From the NCBI GenBank assembly GCA_038087875.1, contig CM075981.1:1612001-1676000 (forward strand): DNA of 64,000 bases, in the 5' to 3' direction. Source of the DNA: Malacoraja senta. Taxonomy: Eukaryota. The notes under the pieces are model-generated. The model was not told where the DNA came from. It did not search any database and was given only the letters and a program-made list of their open reading frames with translations. Position numbers and translations under genes: made by a program. Below, in pieces: positions 43,054-55,700 of this stretch; the first letter of the stretch is position 1, and the number at the start of each line of letters is the position of its first letter.

Positions 43054-46000
43054 CAACAAAAACCGTGCAGGTTTTCATATCCTGAAGTTAAACCAAATCT
43101 CGATGTATATGATATCACGAGGTATTGTCAGGTTGTACGTGTGCAGAATGGATTTCTGTGCCCGGTGTGGATTCTTAGGGGTCCATCTTCCAGACAGCAA
43201 TGTGTTGGGGGTGGTCGGGTCAAATAAAGCGTGGTTCCCACTGTCAATGAGTCTGATGACTTCACATTGTCTTTTGCAGAGACGCGATGAGTCAGAAGCT
43301 GGCCACTCGACCCACGAATTACAATGAAGACACCTAGCTTGCACCAACAGTGAGGGAATTCTGCACCGCGATGAAATATTTACGCATCATCCTGCTTTGT
43401 CAACTGATATCAATTCGACGGAATATACGTCTCTTGCAATTCAACTAATGAATTCATGAAAGTGACTTCAAAGCAATGTTCCAAAGTTTCCAAACCATAT
43501 ATGTTTCCAAAACGCATTTCCGGCAATGATCTGATTGTTTGTCACCTCTTCCAAGGTTTCTTTCGTCACCTTCGAACTGTTGTTTTAACCTTTGCATGTT
43601 TTCCGTTGCTCCAACGTCTTATACTCTGTTAAACTATATTATATGCATTCAACTTCCTGGAAAAAAATGTTTTCGCTGATTATTGAATAATAATGCATCA
43701 TAATGCTTCTTAATAAATTGTTATTGTCGATAAATTGTTTGTCTGATTTGTTTTGTATATACTGCAACTTCAGTGATTAAGAACAGACTGCAATCAGACT
43801 GCTGCATATTCCTTCGGTTGCCAAACGTTAAAGGCGTTTAGGAAAGGCAATCAATTAATCTTTCAGACCATGCTATTCTATCAGAACAAAATTATGCAAC
43901 GACATTGTTTTGACTATTAGCCTTATTTTTTATCTCCACAGATGTTGACTGACGCGCTAAGCACATCTAGCATCTGCAGATTTAATTTCCGATATGCAAC
44001 TAATTTTTAGGTTGGAAGGAACTCCAGATGCTGTTTTAAACTGAAGATAGACATAAATTGCTGGGGTAACTCAGCGTGATAGGCAGCATCTGTGGATCGA
44101 TCAGGTAGGTTTAGGCGGACTGAGCGGCGGTGAGACGATCGCCGAGCCTGCGCTTGTTCTCGCTTCTCAGCGATCGTTTCGCTGAACACCGCCGCTCAGT
44201 CCGCCTAAATCTACCTGATATCCCGGTCGCTAAACACTTTAACACCCCCCTCCCATTCACACACTGACATTTCAATCCTCGGCATCCTCCATTGTCATAG
44301 TGAGTCCCAGCGTAAATTGGAGGTACAGCACCTCATATTTCGCTTGGGCAGCTTACACCCCAGCCGTGTGAACAATTACTTCACTAACTTCAAGTAACCC
44401 TTGCTTTCCCTCTCAATCCACCCGCCCCCCCTCCCCCACCTTCCCAGTACTCCGATCAGTCTGACAGTCCCCGATTATATTTTATCTCTAATTGCGTTGT
44501 TGTCACCTTCTCCCAGCTAACAATAATCTATTCTACATTTTCCTTGATCCACATCACCTTTGGCTTCACGCCTTACAGTTCCTTATCCAAGTATCTCCCT
44601 CTCCCCTGACTTCAGTCTGAAGAAGGGTCTCGACCCGAAACGTCACCCATTCCTTTCATTCATAGATGCTGCCTGTCCCACTGAGTTACTCCAGCATGTT
44701 GTACAACAATATTTTTTGATTAAGTGATTGAATGATACAGCATGGATACAGACCATTTGGCCCACCGAGTCCACGCAAACTAGCAATCAACCCTTTCACA
44801 CTAATTCTATATCACTCCACTTTCGCGTCTTTTGAGCACAGTAATATTCATATACATTTTAATGCTGCAACGAGTTATTCATTTTGTCTACCGTACAAAT
44901 GAGTTAAAGGACAAAAATAAAGGCCACGATGGCGCAACGGTAGAGTTGCTGCCACACAGCGCTTGCATCGCCGGAGACCCGGGTTCGACGTGTATGGAGT
45001 TTGTACGTTCTCCCCGTGATCGCATGGGTTTTCTTCGAGATTTTCCTCCTCCTCCCACACTCCAAAGACGTACAGGTATGTATGTTAATTGGCTTTGCTA
45101 TTAATGAAAATTGTCCCCAGTGTGTATGCGGTCAGTGTGGACTCGCTGCTGACACTTTGCTCGCGCTGCTGCAACAAGGGTGTGTAGATTCGTATCTCTG
45201 AACCGCATCTTGCGAGCAACTCGTTGTAACACTGTTTGCTGAAGAGTGTTTGCAGAAGTCATGGGTCAATGGCGAATGAAGACAGAATTAAATTGTTTTG
45301 GTGCATCGTCGGTTCCTCTTTGCAGTATGTTTAGTTGGGCAAGTAAACATGAAATAGCTCCTAACAAAAGATCCTTTAAAGAGGGCCGTCAACGCTCATC
45401 TAACATCAGTGGCGGACACATCAATGTGTTACACCGATGCCACGTGATACACAACATTGACACTGATGTACACAACCCGAATAAACTGCACTCTTCCCCT
45501 GAAAGTAACACACCTAGAACGATAGCCCGCTGCAGATATTAGGCTATATTATAATGCAACTATTTGCCTACAGATTGAAATGAATCGATGCAAGCAGATG
45601 TAAAAAGTCAGCAACTGACATATACATGAACAGAACACTGATAATATATGAGCTCTGTATTGCAATGAAGACAAGTTAACAATTCTATTCAACGTGCATA
45701 TTTTACCTTGCTTTAACTTCACTAAGTGTATCACTTCGCCCTTGTTTGAATTACATTACACATGTCAGTTACATTCCACATCCCGCTTTCCCACCTGATC
45801 TCCATCCTGTGGTAATTCTAGACAAACGTATTCACAGTCCACTACACCATTAATTGTCATTTTCAAAACGTGAATAGCATGACAATATTGTTTCAAAGTT
45901 TGAATTAAAGAGTTGAAGCAGAGAGGAGAAGGTCAAATTCCAATTAACCTCAGCTGATTTCAGGTGAAAAGCCCCTACTTCCTCACGCCAGCTTCCTGTT

Positions 46001-46724
46001 TTGCCCCTTGTCCCCAGTAATATGCCACAACAAAAGTTCCAATTATTATATTTTTAATCTGCCGGTCCACTTACAAAATCAACGAGAGGAAATGATCCGA
46101 AGTTTACACATCTTAGACGTTTCTACTCTTCTAAATGTCATATTTTATCCAAATGTATCATTGTTTACAAGAAGGGTCCCGACCCGAAACATCACCTATC
46201 GATTTTCTCCAGAGATGCTGCCTGGCCCGCAGAGTTCCTCCTGCATTTTTTTTGTCTAGCATTATTTCCACCACTGTTCAGTGTTAACAGACTCTGAGTA
46301 CAGAGATAATCACAGCTCCATCCTTACGGATACATCACACTTGACGAAGTGGTTGAAGCAGCAGCAATAACAACATCTAACGAGCATTGGACAGGTCCAT
46401 GTAAGGGGAAGGTTTGGGGAGTTTCGGGTTTAAATGTGGGAAAATCTAACTAACTTAGATATGCACATTGGTCTAACGCGTTGGGGAGAAGGGCCTGTTT
46501 CCGTGACGTATGACTCTGTGATCATCTGACCCAACCATTTGTTAAATATAACCCTGATCCTTTCACACTGTAACGTGTGGAGCTGCTGCTGGCTCGCTGT
46601 GGTTCAGGATCTGAAGTCCTGTTCCCTTCTTCGTCATTGCTATTTGAGAGATGCGGTTGTATCTGAGAGCTACGAGCTGAGCGACAGACAGACAAGTGCT
46701 GGCCTCGTCACTGTGGATAAAACA

Positions 46725-46761
46725 ATGTGGATTCCCATTCTTCTCATCTCCTCGCTGCCGG
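46725..46761 (+). CDS. Gene B signal peptide exon
   Basis: Same sequence as 7721-7757. Confidence 0.85.
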
Positions 46762-49700
46762 GTGAGTGAAAGCCAGATCCGGATATTCCAATGATCAATG
46801 TTATTTGGGGTCTCATGCACCCTTTCCACAGCAGAGATAGTTAAGTATGTGTAGACATGTAATGGGGGAGATGCAACTCAGTGCATTGTGGTGATGGATC
46901 TGAAATCACATTTGAATATCTAGACTATGTTCGTAGTTTAACCACTGTTGACACGGTCTAATTGCATCCTGGTGATAGTTTATAGGCATAAAATAGCAAA
47001 TGAATTTGGAGCAGATACTCCAAGATACCTGGACCGAAGGACAGAGGTTACAACATCACCAGGAAGTTAATTCTACACCTTTTAAATGTGTTTACAACTG
47101 AGGGGGGGGGGTGGTCGGGATTGTGGACTCATTGTATCAGTTCAAATATTCCCTGCATTTGTCCAACTCAACTCTGTCGCAAACCCAACAATTCCCCGCA
47201 GTCTGAGACTGAACCACTGTTCTCGCTCTATCCACCCACCCCCAACTCTCTCTCCATCCTCTTTCCAATCCGCAACCCAGTCGCGCTAAAATGCAAGTTC
47301 AGGTTATTGTCACGTGTACCGAGGTACAGTGAAAAGCTTTTTGTTGCGTGCTAATCAGACAGATACATGATTATAATCGATCCTCTTACAGTGCATAGAT
47401 ACATGAAAGGGAAATAAAGTGTAAGGTAAAGCCAGCGAAGTCCGATCAAGGGTATTCCGAGGGTCACCAAAGAGGTAGATAGTTCAGCACTGCTCTCTGG
47501 TTGTGGTAGGATGATACTGATGTGTGAGTGCAACTGGAAAGGAACTGTCCCCGAATCTGGCGGTGTGCGTTTTCACGCTAGTAACGCTCTCCGGTAATAT
47601 ACCCGCATTATTGTAACTCGTCCGTCCTCAGTGTCCTCAGTCAGGGCTTTATAAAGGCAGTGGCGGCGGTGAATGTCTAAACACGGGTCCGGCCCAGTGT
47701 CGGTTGAGAGATAAATGTTTCCGGGACATCTGGGCACCGCCTGGGGTTGAATACATCCTTGACAAGTATTGTAACATAGTTGTATAGTTGTTTATTTCGT
47801 TTATTTGTTTGTCTTGTATTATGGTGGTGGGTTCTGTTTTGTTTTATTGTATCGTCAATATTATTTTCAATAATTAAATAAATTATTTGATAATATTTTT
47901 TTTTTAAACACGTGTCCGGCCCAGTGTCGGTTGAGAGATGAATGTTGGCAGCGCAGCCGGCGGCACCGCCAATTAAATAGCAAAGTGGGGTCTTTCTTTA
48001 GGGTGAGAGGCCGGGCACCGCCTGGGATTGTTGGAAGGCAGCTCCTGCAACACTGCCGCGCTCCCTCAGAACCGCACTGCGATCCCAGCCCAGTTTCTGC
48101 TCAGGGATCTGGAGTGGGAAGTGAACCCAAATTGTACTGAGCCGCGGACAGAACATTGACACAACTGGTACAATAACAGCACTGTCTGCACTTCAGACCG
48201 GAGACATTGGTCGTGAAGCAATATGACACATTATGGAACGTTTTACGTTTTCTTTCATGTAATCTTCAAAATGTATCAATTACCATTAAACAGTTAATTT
48301 GCTCTCCATCTGAAAGTTTCTCCGCTCAGTTTCAGGTGCAGTGTGGGCAGAGTGGGAAGTAAAAGGAGTTGTGGGAAGAGAGATCACAATCGATTGTCAC
48401 TATGCAGCAGAGTACCGCTCACACACAAAATACTGGTGCCGTGGGAGGAGTCGATCGTGTAGAGTTTTAGTGGAAACAAATGGGCAACACGGACGGAGTG
48501 GAAGAGTGTCAATCACAGATAACCCGGCACGAGGAATATTTATTGTGACTGTGGAGGATCTTCACTCGGAAGATACAGGATGGTACAGCTGTGGAATTTC
48601 AACATCAGCCGACCATCCAATATTTAACGTTTTACTCGAAGTATCTGACGGTATGTTTCGCAGCGAATGACTTGACGTCTCCAGCAGAAAGACAATACAG
48701 GATTACAATCGATCCTCTTACAGTGCATAGATACATGAAAAGGAAATTACGTTTAGTGTAAGGCGAATCCAGCAAAGTCCGATCAAGGGTAGTCCGAGGG
48801 TCATCAAAGAGATAGATAGTTCCGCACTACTCTCTGGATGTGGTAGGATGATTCAGATGCCTGACAACAGCTGTGAAGAAATTGTCCCCGAATCTGGCGG
48901 TGTGCGTGTTCACGCTAGTAACGCTCTCCGGTAAGGGACCTGGAGGTGGGTGGTGAGTGGGCGAGTGGTGAGTGGGTGAGTGGTTGGGTGAGTGGGCAGA
49001 TGCATGGCAGATGAAGTTTAATGTGGATAAATGTGAGTTTATCCACTTTAGTAGCAAAATCAGGAAGGCAGATTATTATCTGAATGTTGTCAGGTTGGGA
49101 AAAGGGGAAGTACAAAGAGATCTGGGGGTCCTTGTTCATCACTCACTGAAAGTAAGCATGCAGGTACAGCAGGCAGTGAAGAAAGCTAGTGGCATGTTGA
49201 CCTTAATAACAAGAGGAGTTGAGTACAGGAGCAAAGAAGTCCTTCTGCAGTTGTACATGGCCCCAGTGAGACCACACCTGGATTATTGTTTGCAGTTTTG
49301 ATCTCCAAATTTGAGGAAGGACCTTCTTGCTATCGAGGGAGTGCAGTGTATGTTGAGGGAGTGCAACAAGGTTAATTCCCGGGATGGCGGGACTGTCATC
49401 TGTTGATTGAATGGTGCGGGTGCGCTTGTATACTCAGAAATTTAGAAGGATGAGATGGGATCTTATTGAAAAATATAAGATTATTAAGGGATTGGACACG
49501 CGAGAGGCAGGAAACTTTTTCCCGATATTAAGAATAATGGATAGGCCATTTAGAACGGAGATGAGGAAAAACGTTTTCACCCAGAGAGTTGTGAATCTGT
49601 GGAATCATCTGCCTCAGAAGGCAGTGGGGGCCGATTCACTGGATGCATTCAAAAGAGAGTTAGATAGAGCGCTTTGGGCTAGCGGAATCAAGGGGTATGG

Positions 49701-52700
49701 GGAAAGGCAGGAACGGGGTACTGATTGTGGATGATCAGCCATGAACACATTGAATAGCGGTGCTGGCTCGAAGGGCTGTATGGCCTACACCTGCACCTAT
49801 TGCCTATGTATCTATGTATCTCTTTATCTATGTCTGTATCTACAGTTCCTTGTGTCTCCACCTCTGATATTGAAAAGCAAGACCAATCAAATATTCAGCA
49901 AGAGAACACTATACCCGTTAGAGTAACTGGGCGCAGTGGTTTCCTGCTGATTGTTATCGGGTGTTACATTTGTATTTGAAGTGAACCCTACTGATGTTAA
50001 CGACTCACGAATAGATTTAGGTTCTGTTGAGATAAGGAAATAAAAGACAATTAAAGATAGACAAAAAAATGCTGGATTAACTCAGCGAGACAGGCAGCAT
50101 CGCTGGAGAGAATGAATGGGTAACGTTTCGGGTCTGAGCATGGGTCTCGACCCGAAACGTCAGAGCGAGAGAGTTAGATGGAGCTCTAAAAGATAGCGGC
50201 GCTATGGGATATGGTGAGAAGGTAGGAACGGGGTACTGATTGTGGATAATCAGCCATGATCATAGTGAATGTCGGTGCTGGCTCGAAGGGCCGAATGGCC
50301 TACTCCTACCACTGTTGTCTCTTATCTCTTGACCAGCTTTATTGTAACCCGTCTGTCCTCCGTTCTCAGTCAGGGCTATGTAAAAGCAGTGGCGGCGGTG
50401 AATGCCTAAACACGGGTCCGGCCCAGTGTCTGTTGAGAGATGAATGTTGGCAGCGTAGCCGGCGGCACCGCCAATGAAATAGCAAAGTGAGGTATTTCTG
50501 CAGGGTGAGAGGCCGGGCACCGCCTGGGATTGTTGAAAGGCAGCTCCTGCAACACTGCCGCGCTCCCTCAGTACCGCACTGCGATCCCAGCCCAGTTTCT
50601 GTTCAGGGATCTGGAGTAGGAAGTGAACCCTAATTGTACTGACCCGGCGACAGAACACTGACACAACAGGTACAATAACAGCACTGGCTGCACTTCAGAC
50701 CGGAGACATTGGCCGTGAAGCAATATGACACATCGTGGAACGATTTAAGTTTTCTTTCATGTAATCTTCAAAATGTATCTATTTCCATTAAACAGTTCAT
50801 TTGCTCTCCATCTGAAAGTTTCTCCCCTCCATTTCAGCTGCAGTGTGGGGAGAGACGTATGTAAGAGGAGTTGTGGCAAGAGCGATCACAATCGATTGCC
50901 ACTATGCAGCAGAGTACCGCTCACACACAAAATACTGGTGCCGTGTGCAGAGTCGCCAATGTACGGATGTGGTGGACACAAATGGGCAACAAGGACGGAG
51001 TGGAAGAGTGTCAATCACCGATAACCCGGCACGAGGAATATTTACTTTGACTGTGGAGGATCTTCACTCTGGAGATACAGGATGGTACAGGTGTGGAATT
51101 ACTACATCTAACGGCCGTCCAATGTTAAACGTAGAACTCCAAGTATCTGACGGTACGTTTCGCAGCGATTGACTTGTCGTCTCCACTGAAGTGCCTGATC
51201 AATGTTTTCTCCGGGAAGGGTCAGGGCAGCACCGATATCCCGAGGCTCGGCAGCAGTGCAGAGACCTGTGGGGAGCGGGCGGGGGTCGGGAAACCGCACT
51301 CATTTTGCTCTCACCCTGTGCGGGGTCTGCCCCATTGAGCGGCCACCCACTTAGAAACATAGAAACATAGAAAATAGGTGCAGGAGGAGGCCATTCGGCC
51401 CTTCGAGCCAGCACCGCCATTCATTGCCATCATGGCTGATCGTCCCCAATCAATAACCTATGCCTGCCTTCTCCCCATATCCCTTGATTACACTACACCC
51501 TGGAGCTCTATCTGACTCTCTCTTAAATCCATCCAGTGATTTGGCCTCCACTGTCCTCTGGTAGTGAATGCCACAAATTCACAACTCTCTGGGTGAAAAC
51601 GTTTTTTCTCACCTCTGCCTTAAATGGCCTCCCCTTTATTCTAAGACTGTGGCCCCTGGTTCTGGACTCGCCCAACATTGGGAACACTTTTCCTGCATCT
51701 AGCTTGTCTAGTTCTTTTATAATTGTATGTCTTTCTATAAGATCCCCTCTCATCCTTCTAAACTCCAGTGAATACAAGCCTAGTCTTTTCAATCTCTCCT
51801 CATAAGACAGACCCGCCGTCCCAGGGATCAATCTCGTGAACCTATGCTGCACTGCCTCAATCACAAGGATGTCCTTCCACAATTAGGAGACCAAAACTGT
51901 ACGCAATACTCCAGATGTGGTCTTTCCAGAGCCCTATACAACTGCAGAAGAACCTCTCTACTATATTGAAATCCTCTTGTTATGAAGGCCAAAATTCCAT
52001 TAGCTTTCTTCACTGCCTGCTGTACCTGCAAGCCAACTTTCAGTGACCAGTGTACAAGGAAACCCAGGTCTCGCTGCGCCACCCCCTTACCTAACCTAAC
52101 CCCGTTGTGATAATAATCTGCCGCCTTGTTTTTGCCACCAAAGTGGATAACCTCACATTTATCTATATTATACTTCCACGCATCTGCCCACTCACTCAAC
52201 CTGTCCTGGTCACCCTGCAACCTCCTAACATCCTCTTCACAGTTCACACTGCCATCCAGCTTTGTGTCATCCGCAAACTTGCTAGTGTTGCTCCTAATTC
52301 CCTCTTCCAAATCATTAATATATATGGTAAACAGTTGCGGCCCCAACACCGAGCCTTGCGGCACTCCACTCGCCACTGCCTGCCATTCTGAAAAGGACCC
52401 GTTCACTCCTACTCTTTACTTCCTGTCTGCCAACCAATTTTCTATCCACGTCAACACCCTACCCCCAATACCAATCGCTCTAATTTAAGTCACCAGTCTC
52501 TCGGGCGGGTCCTTATCAAAGGGTTTCTGAAAGTCTAGATATACTACATCCACTGGCACCACTTCATCCATTTTACTTGTCACATCTTCAAAAAATCCAG
52601 AAGATTAGTCAAGCATGATTTTCATAAATCCATGCTGACTTGGACTAATCCTTTTACTGTTATCGAAATGCCCCATTATTACCTCTTTAATAATTGACAC

Positions 52701-55700
52701 CAGCATCTTTCCCACCACCAAAGTCAGGCTCACTGGTCTATAATTCCCCGTTTTTTCTATCGCTCCTTTTTTGAAAAGTGGAATTTAACTTCTCATTCAC
52801 TTCACTTTTCACTTAAAGTGGAATGCTCAGCACATTTCCCTTCCTCTGAACTGTATGAAATGTCACCCTGTCAGAAGTTTGCATTTCGACTCAAACTAAT
52901 AATCCGACAGATCAGTGAGAAACAAGTGTTGCTCGCGGTCTGAATACCCCGAGAGTTTAAAAAAACAGTCCCCAGAGCTCAATAGACTGCGATCAGTCCT
53001 CCCGTGGTAGGCCATCCCGCTTCCCGCCCCCACCTCAGGGATCAGTCATTCCCTGCCAAACCCCGCGCTCTCTCTCTCTCCCTCTGCCCGATCAATGCGC
53101 CCCCATCTCCAGCAGCCAACGTCCACCCACCGCCCGGCAGTCAGCCAATCTCTCCACCCGGACATTTCTCCGGTGTTAAGCAGAATAAACTCATCTTTCA
53201 CCCCATCAGCCGTCGCACACAACACATAATCCTCCAACATTTTCGCCACCTCCAACGGGATCCCACTACTAGACACATCTTTCCATCTCCACCGCTTTCT
53301 GCTTTCCGAAGAGACCGTTCCTTCCGTAACTCCCTGGTCAACGTCCATCCCCCCCCCAAAAAAAAACCCCATCCTCTCCCCAAGTACCTTCCCCGACAAC
53401 TGCAGGAGATAGATCACCTGTCTCGATACCTCCTTCCTCTACTCCGTCCAAGGTCTCCAACAATCTTTGCGGGTGAGGATTGACTAGCATCTCCTCGAAG
53501 CTCACCTACTACATCCGCTGTTCCAGGTGTGAACTACTGTATATCGGCGAGACCAAGCGCAGACTCGTCGATCGTTTCGCTGATTAACTCCGCTCAGTCT
53601 GCTTCGGCCGACTTACAACCCATCGGTTTGAATATTGACTTCTCTAACTTCAAGGAACCCTTGCTTTACTCCTGTCCCCATCCCGCCACCATCCTAGCTC
53701 TCCAGTTAGTTGCACAGTCAAACTGATTTTATTTTACTTATTGTATGCCTCGTTGTCACCTTCCCTTCAGCTCACAATGATCCATTGTCCATTTTCTTTT
53801 CACCTTTGATCACTTGTTTTCACACCTTACCTTTCCATTTATCTTCTGTCTCCCTGTCCCATGATTCTCAGGCTGAAGATGGGTCTCGACACGAAACGTC
53901 ACCCATTCCTTCTTTCGAGAGATGCTGCCTGCTCCGTTGCGTTACTCCAAAATTTTGTGTCTATCTTAAAGGGATCGTAAATTCGTTTTCCACAGCAGAG
54001 ATGGTTAAGTGTGTGTAGACATGTAATGGGGGAAATGGAACTCGGTGCATTGTGGTGCTGGATCTGAAATCACACTTGAATATCTACACAATGTTCGTAG
54101 TTTAACCACTGTTGACACATGGTCGAATTGCATCCTGGTGATAAATGAAAGGCTTAAAATAGCGAATGAATTTGAAGCAGATACTGCAAGACACCTGGAC
54201 CGAAGGTTCCAACGTCATCAGTAAGTTAATTCTACACTTTTAAAATGTGTTTACCAAGGAGGTGGAAGTCAGGATTGTGGACTCGTTGTGTCAGTTCAAA
54301 CATTCCCTACATTTGTCCGGCTCAACTCTGTCGCAAACCCAACAATTCCCCGGTGTCTGAGACTGAACCACTGTCCTCGCTCTATCCACCCACCCCAACT
54401 CTTTCTCCATCATCTCTCCAATCCGCGGCCCAGTCGTGCTGAATTGTCCAGGGCGAGCCGGGGTCATCGGGAATAAAACCTGTCCCAGATGAGCAGCGGG
54501 ACATTGGGCTCACAATTCAGTTTAGTTTATTGTCACGAGTACCGAGGTACAGTGAATCTGGCGGTGTGTGTTTTCACGCTAGTAGCGCTCTCCAGCAAGG
54601 GACCCGCTTTATTTTAACCGGTCCGTACTCTGTCCTCAGTCAGGGCGTTGTAAAGACAGTGGCTGCGGTGAATTTCTAAACACGGGTCCGGCCCAGTGTC
54701 GGTTGAGAGATGAATGCTGGCAGCGCCGACACTGAAATAGCAAAGTGGGGTATTTCTGTGGGTTGAGAGGCCGGGCACCGCCTGGGATTGTTGAAAGGCA
54801 GCTCCTGCAACACTGCCGCGCTCCCTCAGTACCGCACTGCGATCCCAGCCCAGTTTCTGCGCAGGGATCTGGAGTGGGAAGTGAACCCTAATGGTACTGA
54901 CCCGGGGACAGAACACTGACACAACTGGTACAATAACAGCACTGCCTGCACTTCAGACCGGAGACATTGGCCGTGAAGCAAAATGACACATCATGGAACG
55001 ATTATGTTTTTCATGTAATCTTCAAAATGTATATATTTCCATTAAACAGTTCATTTGCTCTCCATCTGAAAGTTTTTCCCCTCCCTTTCAGCTGCAGTGT
55101 GGGGAGAGAGGAATTTAACAGGAGTTGTGGGAAGAGCCATCACAATCGATTGTCACTATGCAGCAGAGTTCCGCTCACAGGCTAAATACTGGTGCCGTGG
55201 GCAGAGTCGCCAATGTACAGATATGGTGGAAACAAATGGGCAACACGGACGGAGTGGAAGAGTGTCAATCACCGATATACCGGCACTAAGAATATTTACT
55301 ATGACTGTGGAAGATCTTCACTCTGGAGATACAGGATGGTACAGCTGTGGAATCACAGCACCTGCCGACCATTCAATGTTTAACGTATATCTCCAAGTAT
55401 CTGACGGTACGTTTCGCAGCGATTGACTTAATGTCTCCACTGAAAAGCCTGATCCATGTTTTCTCCGGGAAGGGTCAGGGCAGCACCGATATCTCGAGGC
55501 TCCGCAGCAGTGCAGAGGCCTGCGGGGAGCGGGCGAGGGTCGGGAAACCCCACTCATGTTTGCTCTCACCCAGTGCGGGCTCTGTCCCATTGAGCGGCCA
55601 CCCACTTCAAGACACTCAACACATTACCCTGCCTCTGAATTGTATGAAATATCACCCTGTCAGAGGTTTGCATTCCGACAAACTAATAACCCGACAGATC

